Program-made: the position numbers and the translations under genes | The notes under the pieces: generated by a model | The model's input: only the letters and a program-made list of their open reading frames with translations | Told to the model about the DNA's origin: nothing | The model's database searches: none | Source: Candidatus Kaiserbacteria bacterium | GTDB lineage: Bacteria > Patescibacteriota > Minisyncoccia > Phycocordibacterales > UBA2100 | Reading direction: 5' to 3' | Assembly: GCA_016432285.1 (NCBI GenBank) | Contig: CP066682.1 | Location: forward strand, 188,273-252,272 | DNA: 64,000 bases | Part shown: piece by piece, positions 9,530-17,407 of the stretch | Layout: each line of letters opens with the position of its first letter | Position numbering within the stretch: the stretch's first letter is position 1

Positions 9530-10218
9530 GAGAGCGTGCCGACGTACGGGTCGCGAAAGAAAGTCTCCGTGATCGCATCCAGTTCCGCCACAGCCTTCGC
9601 CTTCTTTATTTTGTTGAAGTAGATGATCCGCAGGAGCTCCGTCTTCGCGAGCTGCTCCGTAGCGATCTTTGATTTGAAAATAATGTCGTCGGCTGCCTGG
9701 CGGGGCGACAGGCCGGCGTAGTCGGCGTACAGGAGCACGTGCGGATATTCGGGAAGTACGACCTCGTCGTACCCCGCGTTCTTAAAAGAGAGCGCTTCGA
9801 TCCGTTTTTCGAGGTACACCGAATCCTGAAGCGAAATTCCCGTCTCGAATCGGAGGCGAAGACGGCTGATGTTGCGCATGATCGTTTGCACGACTTTCAA
9901 CTTGCCGACCGCGAGCGCGGACTTCTCTCGGATCTCTTTCGTAAGAAGCTTCGGTGGCGTTTGCTCAAAGAGTCGCTGCTCAAAGTTCCATGTCCACGTG
10001 GGGTACTCCGCAGGTCCCGTCGTCGTGAGAAAGAGGGAGTCGCGGTAGTGCGGATACTGGATCCCGTAGGCGCCGATCGTATCTCCCGTGCACTCGTTGA
10101 GAAAGACGATGCCGGGCGCGGTCGTATCGAAAGCGAGCACAATATGCGTGCCGTATTCCACAAGAATGCTCGGAAGAAAAGGTGGTTGCATACGATCGTT
10201 TGGATTCAATAGTATCAA
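9526..10218 (-). CDS. hypothetical protein, C-terminal half resembles phage tail-fibre assembly-type helical proteins
   Basis: Stop overlaps start of AsnB-like gene; QDSVYLEKRIEA...YPHVLLYADYAGLSPRQAADDII pattern. Confidence 0.6.
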   Translation of the reverse strand: MILLNPNDRMQPPFLPSILVEYGTHIVLAFDTTAPGIVFLNECTGDTIGAYGIQYPHYRDSLFLTTTGPAEYPTWTWNFEQRLFEQTPPKLLTKEIREKSALAVGKLKVVQTIMRNISRLRLRFETGISLQDSVYLEKRIEALSFKNAGYDEVVLPEYPHVLLYADYAGLSPRQAADDIIFKSKIATEQLAKTELLRIIYFNKIKKAKAVAELDAITETFFRDPYVGTLS

Positions 10219-10282
10219 AATACTGCAACTTTATCCCCATGGATGCACTAGGTATTTGCGCTGCGCGTTCCATACTTGTTGT

Positions 10283-10564
10283 ATGAACCGGCTCGTGCGT
10301 GTGGGAAGGCAAGCAGGGAGAGTGGTACGCTCGCTTTCTCTCGTCGTAGCCGGGCTCTTCGTCGTTGCATTCGGGGTCGGCGGCAGAAATGCGGAATCCG
10401 ACGGACAAAATCAGGGTGTGCTCGCCAACATCAAGGACGAATTTACCGCGTACGCCGACGCACCCTATTCGCAGGCATCCTACTACTCCCAGGCGGACTA
10501 CGGCTGGTGGGGCGGTGGCGACGGCGGTGGCGACAGCGGCGACGCTGGCGGTGGGGACGCCTGA
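10283..10564 (+). CDS. AYADAPY-motif peptide precursor 1 (93 aa)
   Basis: CATACT 6 nt before ATG; Arg-rich N-term, TM, TAYADAPYSQASYYSQADYGWWGGGDGGGDSGDAGGGDA. Confidence 0.8.
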   Translation: MNRLVRVGRQAGRVVRSLSLVVAGLFVVAFGVGGRNAESDGQNQGVLANIKDEFTAYADAPYSQASYYSQADYGWWGGGDGGGDSGDAGGGDA

Positions 10565-10571
10565 TACACCT

Positions 10572-11741
10572 ATGCAACCGAGCATCAAGATCATCCTCTC
10601 GGCCGTTTTGATTCTCGGCGCCCTCTCTTTTGCCGCCTTCTACTACTTCGCGATCGCGCCATTGAGTCAGCCGTCGGACGAGGGGCGACCGCGCGCCGAG
10701 AGTCTGACGGAGGCCATGCAAAAGCAGCTCGCGGGCGACCGGACGGGAGCCTATCAAAGCGCGCAGCGGCAGATCGCGGAAGGCGGCACCGAAGAAGATA
10801 CGGTGCTTGCGAAAATCACCGCGGCCAATTCGCTTTTCCAGATTGCGACTACGACCGAGGGCAGAATTGCCGCGATGCGGATACTAGCAAACGCGTATTC
10901 GGAAGGACAGAGCCCGCAGAGCAAAGCACTTGTCCTCAATGCGCTCGTGTGGACGCTGATTTTTAATGCCAATACCGAGCCTGTTACGCTCGCCGCGTTT
11001 GGTTTCAATGAGTTCCAGCCGTTTGCGGTCGAAGGTGCCAACGGAAAGTCGTTTCAGAACCTCCTGAAGCAATCGATCAGTCTCGCGCCGACACGCCGGG
11101 CGTACTACATGCGTGCAGTCGTCGCGTCGCGAGAGCTCGAGCGCAATTTCGCACCGGACTCCGCAAAGCTCCTGTCCGCCGCCTCTTCCGATTCGGTGCG
11201 CGAAATTGCGCAGAACATTCTCAAATTTATCGAGCAGGGAGATGCGCTCGCGCGGGCAGCGCCGCTCGACTCGGGGATAGAGGAACTCGACGACATCACG
11301 GAAGCGCAAAATCAAATCTACCGAGGGCTCGCGCTCTCCGCGGTCGCACTTGTCGACTCCTCGCAGCTTTCAAGCGCCCTCGGTGCTTTCCAAGCGGTCT
11401 TGGATACGGCCAGAAGCGGGGAGCCCACCGTGGCCGTGAATGTGATGGCCGCATACGCGCACCTGTATGCCGGTCGGATCGCGGCTGCAGTGGGTGGATC
11501 GGCGAATACGGCAGTTGCTCGCTCGCACCTTGCCGACTTCGCGGCATCCGCAGAGGCATCGCCGAAGGATTACGTCAAGATTTACGAAATGTTCCAGTGG
11601 CTCCGAGGCGGCGCTTCGATTCCCGCATCCGAGCAGGCGGAGAGCAGGCAGTATCGCCTCTACCAAACGTACTCATCGCTCGCGGCGCTCTCTCCCGATT
11701 TCAAAAATTTCCTCGCTTCAGTCGGTTGGCAGTTCGAGTAG
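10572..11741 (+). CDS. membrane-anchored alpha-helical partner protein 1 (389 aa)
   Basis: N-terminal TM; homologous to 17408-18595 and 49578-50771; C-term LAALSPDFKNFLASVGW. Confidence 0.8.
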   Translation: MQPSIKIILSAVLILGALSFAAFYYFAIAPLSQPSDEGRPRAESLTEAMQKQLAGDRTGAYQSAQRQIAEGGTEEDTVLAKITAANSLFQIATTTEGRIAAMRILANAYSEGQSPQSKALVLNALVWTLIFNANTEPVTLAAFGFNEFQPFAVEGANGKSFQNLLKQSISLAPTRRAYYMRAVVASRELERNFAPDSAKLLSAASSDSVREIAQNILKFIEQGDALARAAPLDSGIEELDDITEAQNQIYRGLALSAVALVDSSQLSSALGAFQAVLDTARSGEPTVAVNVMAAYAHLYAGRIAAAVGGSANTAVARSHLADFAASAEASPKDYVKIYEMFQWLRGGASIPASEQAESRQYRLYQTYSSLAALSPDFKNFLASVGWQFE

Positions 11742-11941
11742 CCTCTTCATAAAAAGAGAGGGAGTCGGCGCGGTGTGTTTTGTGCAGCGCCGACCCCCCT
11801 TATGGTGCGCGCCGCAGGGCGCGCAGTGGTGTAGGAGCTTGCGCTCCGTAAATCCAGCGTACATTTCGCGGAATGAAACGTCAATGACGAATCACTGACG
11901 CCCGTTCCGGCGGACAGTTTCCCGTCCGCCGGTCCGGGCAG

Positions 11942-12142
11942 CTACCTCGCGGCAGGTGCCTTCTTGATGCGCTCCAGCACTGCGCGCTGGAACACCGCTT
12001 CCGCGCTCGCGTCGTCTTCCGAGGACGCGGTCGCTTCAGCAGAAGTACCCCTGCCCGACACCACGGCAATGGCCGTAATGACGTTGGCGACGGCGATGAC
12101 CGCCACCAACGTGATGAGCAGAGCCATTCCAAGTACCCGCAT
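11942..12142 (-). CDS. small single-TM protein
   Basis: SD GGAGG upstream; hydrophobic N-terminal half. Confidence 0.5.
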   Translation of the reverse strand: MRVLGMALLITLVAVIAVANVITAIAVVSGRGTSAEATASSEDDASAEAVFQRAVLERIKKAPAAR

Positions 12143-12240
12143 TGCACCTCCATACGGGTTTACGGCCTATCGAAGCCACCACAGCCTCGATTCAGCCACA
12201 CCGACCCTAACGCCCTCCCGCCTCCCAGTCAACTTTTTTC

Positions 12241-12270
12241 TTGACTTTGAGTGCAAAATCAATGCATAAT
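12241..12270 (+). promoter_or_regulatory. promoter with overlapping palindrome upstream of Cys-peptide 2
   Basis: TTGACT-N18-CATAAT; imperfect inverted repeat TTGACTTTG-AGTG-CAAAATCAA. Confidence 0.55.
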
Positions 12271-12322
12271 ATGCCCTCACGGCATGAGAGACCTCATGAC
12301 GAAACGTTCAAGGAGAGGAGAA

Positions 12323-12589
12323 ATGAAAAAACTGATCTTTACGGCCGCGACGGCACTGCTCGGCTTGTTCAGCTTGGCCGGGTCAAACTCTGCCTCGGCG
12401 CAGTGGCCCACAAGCTGCCTCGAAACCAAGACCAAGGGGGACTGCCCCAAGTGCCTGCAGTCTCGCAATGAGGCCGGCTCGTCGGGGGGCTTCAATCACT
12501 GCGCGGCGAACTGGCGCGGTCCCCAGGCCGGAATTACGACGACCGGGGGGCAAGCTCCACGCATGAGGGGTAGAGGCCGTAAGAAGTAA
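12323..12589 (+). CDS. secreted 4-Cys peptide (88 aa precursor) with basic tail
   Basis: SD AGGAGAGGAG; signal MKKLIFTAATALLGLFSLAGSNSASA; C-x8-CPKC-x15-C; tail RMRGRGRKK; own terminator. Confidence 0.75.
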   Translation: MKKLIFTAATALLGLFSLAGSNSASAQWPTSCLETKTKGDCPKCLQSRNEAGSSGGFNHCAANWRGPQAGITTTGGQAPRMRGRGRKK

Positions 12590-12610
12590 GCGACCCCACT
12601 CATCAAAGCG

Positions 12611-12638
12611 AGGCCCGGCGGTCAATGCCGGGCCTTTT
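12611..12638. terminator. terminator between convergent genes
   Basis: AGGCCCGGC-GGTCAAT-GCCGGGCCTTTT. Confidence 0.75.
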
Positions 12639-12639
12639 C

Positions 12640-13845
12640 TTAGTCATTAGCTGGCAGTGATCCGCTCTTTTCCGTATACCTCTCGAGCGCAGCGATACAG
12701 ACGTGTGGCTCGGAGACGCGCCCGCACTCCGCAGAGAGCGAGTCCACGCGTGTCTCGGATTCCATATTTTGAAACGCTGCATTAAAACACTGTTGCTCTC
12801 TCTCGCTTTCTCCCACGGCACGACAGTACTCAAGCGCTTCCGTGTAGTTTCTGTTATCCACGTACTTGAGTACGACACCGACGCTGCACGCATCCCTTTG
12901 CGAAACATTCCCAAAGTTTCCGCACTGACCCGGGTCGCTCGAGGCACTTTGATTGAGCTGCTCGACACTTGAATAGCCGTACCCCGTATAGCAATCTCGC
13001 TGGTCGCCCCCCGTGAACGCATTGCACGCCTCAACGATGAGCGCCGCCCGCTCGCTTGTATCACGTCTTGTTCGCGCCAGCAGATCACGCTGAAAACCGG
13101 CAAGCTCGAAGAAGCATGCGTGTCGATATTGCGCGTCAACGGAGTCGCACGGGTAAGCAGGATCGTCTGTTGCGATCGTCGCGGATGCGGAGCGAAAAGC
13201 GAGCGAGTTTTCTTCGCCCACCGCTTCCATAAAGACCCCGAGGTAACACCGCTCCGCCTCGTCTCCATCGGCGATTGATTCGCAACTTTTGAGTGCTTCA
13301 TCGAAATCCTGCGTGGCGATGTAGAGTAAGTGTCCGATGCCGTGGCAGAGCTGCGTCTTAGCCGTACAGTACTTTGCGCCGATCGCGCCTATCGTCGCAG
13401 CATCGGCGTGCGCGATATCCTCGTCGTACGCATCGGCGAGTTCTGCGACGGCTGCCGCAGCGATAGCGCCGTGCTTACAGCCATTGCGACACAGGCCTGT
13501 GCATGCAGCGAGCGTCTCCTCAAGCCCGTCTCCTCTCTCTATGGACAGCTGACCGATTGCGTGCGCCGTTACGTGGCAGCTCGATACGACCGATGGGGGA
13601 GACGATTCGTTCGTAATGTACCGCATAAGCTTCGGCGTGGAGAATTGTTGCATGAGTTGATTCACGGTTTCTTGCACGCAAGAAAAATCCGCGCGATAGC
13701 CATGGGAGGCGGCAGGGTTCTCCGAGAAACAGCGCGCAAGCTCCTCGGGCGTCATCATTTTCGGTGATTGCATGTACGCGAAAATGAAAACGACGATTGC
13801 GATCACGCCGATGACGAGAATCTTTTGCCCGCTCCAACGGTTCAT
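12640..13845 (-). CDS. membrane-anchored Cys/His-rich repeat protein
   Basis: N-terminal TM; motifs CHVTAHAIG, CRNGCKHG, CHGIGH, CYLGVFME, CYTGYG; many regularly spaced Cys. Confidence 0.75.
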   Translation of the reverse strand: MNRWSGQKILVIGVIAIVVFIFAYMQSPKMMTPEELARCFSENPAASHGYRADFSCVQETVNQLMQQFSTPKLMRYITNESSPPSVVSSCHVTAHAIGQLSIERGDGLEETLAACTGLCRNGCKHGAIAAAAVAELADAYDEDIAHADAATIGAIGAKYCTAKTQLCHGIGHLLYIATQDFDEALKSCESIADGDEAERCYLGVFMEAVGEENSLAFRSASATIATDDPAYPCDSVDAQYRHACFFELAGFQRDLLARTRRDTSERAALIVEACNAFTGGDQRDCYTGYGYSSVEQLNQSASSDPGQCGNFGNVSQRDACSVGVVLKYVDNRNYTEALEYCRAVGESEREQQCFNAAFQNMESETRVDSLSAECGRVSEPHVCIAALERYTEKSGSLPAND

Positions 13846-15551
13846 GCCTTCTTTTCGTCCTTCTCAACGCAATAGATTTCGTTGGCGAAGGTTGGTACGA
13901 AGAATCGGCTGGTCTCCGCGTTGTACGCGATCTTGTTGGTTATCCGTTCTGTAAGGGTGATAGAAGCCTGTTCCTTCCCGGTGCGTGCGTCGATTTCCGT
14001 CAGCCGACCGGTGTTCGATCCAATGAAGACGCTGTCGCCGATAATCTTCGGGCTCGCGAAAATGCGGGCGCCGCTGCTCCAGCGCCATACCTCCTGGAAG
14101 CTCGAAAGGTCAACGCAGTAGAGATTCTTATCGAGCGACCCGATAATCGCCGTGTTCTCATAGAGCGCGGGAGTCGCGTAGAAGCCGTACTCCGCCTGGA
14201 ATCGGCCGGCCTCTGTGCCGGTGCGGCGATCAACGAAGTAAAGAGTTCCAGCGGTGCTGCCGAAGATCACACGGTCGTGATTCCTGTCGTATGCAAAAGA
14301 CTCCTTGATGTCGTTACTGCTGAAACCAACGTCAAGTTCCGCGTCCGATGGTTCGGCCGGCGAAAACTTCCACTTCAGCGCCCCCGTCTTGGCATCGAGG
14401 AGGTACGCGGCACCGTCGTTTGATCCGACGATAACTTCGCGGGTGTCTTTTAGGTAAAGCGGCGAAGAGTGCGTATAGCAGGGCATCTCCCGGTATTCCC
14501 ATATTTTTTTTCCGCTGTGCGCATCGAGCGCCACGACCCCTCCCCGCTTTCTCCAGAGGCCGAACTCAAGGCCCACGAAGACAAGATTCAAATCGACAGC
14601 GACGGCGGGGGAGGAGCCGATCCAATCTGCTTCAAGAAATACCCACTTTCGCTTGCCGGACGTCCGGTCGAGGGCGTAGAAGTTGCCGTCGTATCCACCG
14701 AAAAAGACGCTCTCGCCAAGGAGTGCGGGGGATGAAAAGATCCCCTTTCCCTTCATGTGCAGCAGAATGCGGTACGACCAAGCCACTTGACCCGTGTCCT
14801 GCCGGATCGCCCACATGGTCCCGTCGTCAGAGCCAACGTATACATGCGTGTCGTCAATCGCTGGTTCGGATTTTGGCACCACGTAAAAAAAGCTCGGGTT
14901 CTTGGCGGCGAATTTCCAGCGAACCATGAAGGGCCTTGAATGCACGGGCTCCTTGTGGGTCAAATTGCTGACGCCGAGAGTTTCACTAAAGTCATCGAGC
15001 GTAAATACGGAGAAAAGTTCGATGTTCTTTTTCCGCAGGTATTCGTAGTGCTCAAGATCTCGGAACCGTATCAGCGTCCACACGGCCTGCACCCGGTGTC
15101 CGAGCGCCTCCAGCACTTCCACCTGTCGCTCGATGCTCTTGCCGCTGTTTATCAGATCATCGACCAGAATGATCGGAGCGCCCGGAGCGATTTCGCCTTC
15201 AATGGCGCGCATCAATCCATCCTTTTTTCGCGACTTACGAATAAAAAATCCGGAAGTCTTCTTTTTTGATACCTCTCCCGCGTGGACGGTGAGCGCAGTA
15301 ACGAGTGTGATAGCGGCTGTCTCTATTCCTCCTATTTGGAAGGGGAAACGTTCGCGGAATGTATCCCAAAAAATCTCGGCAATATCCTCGAGCGCATCGC
15401 TTCGCAAGAGAATACGTCGCAGGTCAAAGAGCCAGCCGCTCTCCTTTAATTTTTTCCTACTCGAGACGATGTTCTCATGCTCGGCCCGGACATACGCGCT
15501 GTTCTCAATGAGTTCTTTTAGGTGCGCTTTATGTTCTTCGATTCCATCCAT
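13842..15551 (-). CDS. fusion of orotate-PRTase-like domain and PQQ/BamB-like beta-propeller
   Basis: GFFIRKSRKKDG and ILVDDLINSGKS (PRPP loop); repeated SSPA...G..DG..YALD..TG..KW blades. Confidence 0.8.
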   Translation of the reverse strand: MDGIEEHKAHLKELIENSAYVRAEHENIVSSRKKLKESGWLFDLRRILLRSDALEDIAEIFWDTFRERFPFQIGGIETAAITLVTALTVHAGEVSKKKTSGFFIRKSRKKDGLMRAIEGEIAPGAPIILVDDLINSGKSIERQVEVLEALGHRVQAVWTLIRFRDLEHYEYLRKKNIELFSVFTLDDFSETLGVSNLTHKEPVHSRPFMVRWKFAAKNPSFFYVVPKSEPAIDDTHVYVGSDDGTMWAIRQDTGQVAWSYRILLHMKGKGIFSSPALLGESVFFGGYDGNFYALDRTSGKRKWVFLEADWIGSSPAVAVDLNLVFVGLEFGLWRKRGGVVALDAHSGKKIWEYREMPCYTHSSPLYLKDTREVIVGSNDGAAYLLDAKTGALKWKFSPAEPSDAELDVGFSSNDIKESFAYDRNHDRVIFGSTAGTLYFVDRRTGTEAGRFQAEYGFYATPALYENTAIIGSLDKNLYCVDLSSFQEVWRWSSGARIFASPKIIGDSVFIGSNTGRLTEIDARTGKEQASITLTERITNKIAYNAETSRFFVPTFANEIYCVEKDEKKA

Positions 15552-15611
15552 ACGAGCGATTTCGAGGCCGGTATACTATAGCACCGCGCCCACAGTATAA
15601 TAATTTATCGT

Positions 15612-16904
15612 ATGAGCCCCGGTGCTTCATTCTTTGACTCTCGCGCCGAGCAGAGCTTTCTGCGTTTTTATCGTCGTATCTTTTCGATTGCTGAGATAGA
15701 AGGAAGTAGAGTGCTGCAGTGGGTGTTTGGCGCGACGATCCTCTCATACTTCATCGCATTTGATTCTCGGCTTTACTCCGACGCGCTCACCGTAGATGCC
15801 TTTTTATCGGGTACGCACCGATGCTGGCCATACTTTCAATCGTGCGGTGAGTGGCTCTTTCTGCGTGCGCTCCCAGCCGGCTACTCCCAAATGCTGCTTT
15901 ACATGGCGCTCTTCGGTCTTCTGGCGCTTGCCGTGTATCTCATGTACAAGAAAGAATGGGTACTGGCGCATATCGCGCTCATCCCGAGTTTCCTCTGGCA
16001 CTTCCTCGGTTCGTTCGTCCTTAGCGGAGAGCTTGCGGGCAATTATGACTACTACCTTTTTCTTCTTGCGTTCGTGTTGCTTTTTGTGCCATACAAGGAG
16101 TTCTTTCTCAAACTTCTCTTGGTGCTCTTCTATTTCCTGGCATCGTTATCGAAAATTCACGAATCGTGGATTCTCGGCACGTACTTCTCCTCGTTGAAGA
16201 CAGGATTGCCACTCTTTCCAGACTGGTCGATACCGATTTGGACCAACCTCGTGATCTTTATGGAAATGGTCGCGGCGTGGTTCCTGCTCTCGGGCCGGAG
16301 GCTACTACAGCGTGCCGTATTCATTTTTTTCGTCGCTTTTCATCTCTACTCCGGCATTTTTGTGGGATTCCGGTATCCGGCCACCGTGCTGCCGACACTC
16401 CTCATCCTCTTCGGTCCTCTCTACGCCTATACGCCGCCGCCGCTTACGCGTCGCGCACTCGCCGGGTGGATACTGGTCTCTCTCATGTTTATGGCACAAC
16501 TTTCGCCACTCCTCGTGCGGGGCGATGAGAAACTCACACTCGAAGCAAATAAGTTCGGTCTCTACATGTTTGAATCCAACCACCAGTGCGTCTCAAGCGC
16601 GACGGTATTTCTGAAGGATGGTACGCAATACGAAGTTCGGGCCGAGAGCGTTTCCGCCCGGTCGCGGTGCGATCCGTACTATTACTGGTTTTCGCTCCGC
16701 GCGCCGTGCGAGAGGGATCAAGCAATTGGGCGAATTGTGTGGACGTTTGACCACTCGATCAACGGCGGTCCGTTTCTCCGGATCGTCGACGAGCAGGACG
16801 CGTGCTCGCTTTCGTATGATCCCTTTCGACACAATGCGTGGATCAAAACGGAAACCGACGCTCCAGAGGTTATCGGATGGCCCGTAGAAAATGTCTATGA
16901 TTGA
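15612..16904 (+). CDS. HTTM / vitamin K-dependent gamma-carboxylase-like membrane protein
   Basis: NYDYYLF, YFLASLSKIHESWILG (matches YF.AG..K....W..G with catalytic-type Lys), FHLYSGIFVGFRYP; multiple TMs. Confidence 0.75.
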   Translation: MSPGASFFDSRAEQSFLRFYRRIFSIAEIEGSRVLQWVFGATILSYFIAFDSRLYSDALTVDAFLSGTHRCWPYFQSCGEWLFLRALPAGYSQMLLYMALFGLLALAVYLMYKKEWVLAHIALIPSFLWHFLGSFVLSGELAGNYDYYLFLLAFVLLFVPYKEFFLKLLLVLFYFLASLSKIHESWILGTYFSSLKTGLPLFPDWSIPIWTNLVIFMEMVAAWFLLSGRRLLQRAVFIFFVAFHLYSGIFVGFRYPATVLPTLLILFGPLYAYTPPPLTRRALAGWILVSLMFMAQLSPLLVRGDEKLTLEANKFGLYMFESNHQCVSSATVFLKDGTQYEVRAESVSARSRCDPYYYWFSLRAPCERDQAIGRIVWTFDHSINGGPFLRIVDEQDACSLSYDPFRHNAWIKTETDAPEVIGWPVENVYD

Positions 16905-17109
16905 AGCAACGTCGAGCATCCCGATTCTGGCGCTAACCGGGCTCGAAGGAAACGCGCCGACCGCACTGTCCCCTCTACAGGTCTTTCTTGCTTCCCAATT
17001 CGATACGATCGCCGCATTCTGGTGGACGATCAGCGTCATCGTCCTCCTCACCGTCGTTATTCGCGCGTTTTCTGCGATACATAAGCAGTTTCCCCAGGGT
17101 GATCGTTGA
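16897..17109 (+). CDS. small single-TM protein coupled to HTTM gene
   Basis: Start overlaps HTTM stop region; one TM (FWWTISVIVLLTVVI). Confidence 0.55.
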   Translation: MIEATSSIPILALTGLEGNAPTALSPLQVFLASQFDTIAAFWWTISVIVLLTVVIRAFSAIHKQFPQGDR

Positions 17110-17134
17110 CGATTTGGCGTTCAGCACCCATGAT
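17106..17134 (+). promoter_or_regulatory. leaderless-type promoter of peptide 2
   Basis: TTGACG-N17-CATGAT, 6 nt before ATG 17141. Confidence 0.6.
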
Positions 17135-17140
17135 TCAAGT

Positions 17141-17392
17141 ATGGAAGTCTCCCTCCGGCGGGTCCTGAAGATCCTCGTTTACGCTCTCATGCTTGCCGCG
17201 GGGGTCATTCTCGCGTTCGTGTCATATCGGGATAAGGAAAACGCGACAGGGGGTTTAGTATCGACTGCCTACGCGGATGCGCCGTATGCGCAGAGCGCGT
17301 ATTACGGACAGGGGGGATATGGGTGGTGGGGCGGCGACGGCGGCGACGGAGACGATGACGGCGATGATGATAGTGGCGATGGCGATAGCTGA
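17141..17392 (+). CDS. AYADAPY-motif peptide precursor 2 (83 aa)
   Basis: TM, then TAYADAPYAQSAYYGQGGYGWWGGDGGDGDDDGDDDSGDGDS. Confidence 0.8.
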   Translation: MEVSLRRVLKILVYALMLAAGVILAFVSYRDKENATGGLVSTAYADAPYAQSAYYGQGGYGWWGGDGGDGDDDGDDDSGDGDS

Positions 17393-17407
17393 TTTTACTG
17401 ATTCACC

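Noticed and set aside
12271-12310. Possible hammerhead ribozyme (CTCATGACGAAAC)
   Set aside because: Lacks the CUGANGA core and stem II between the UGA and GAAA elements
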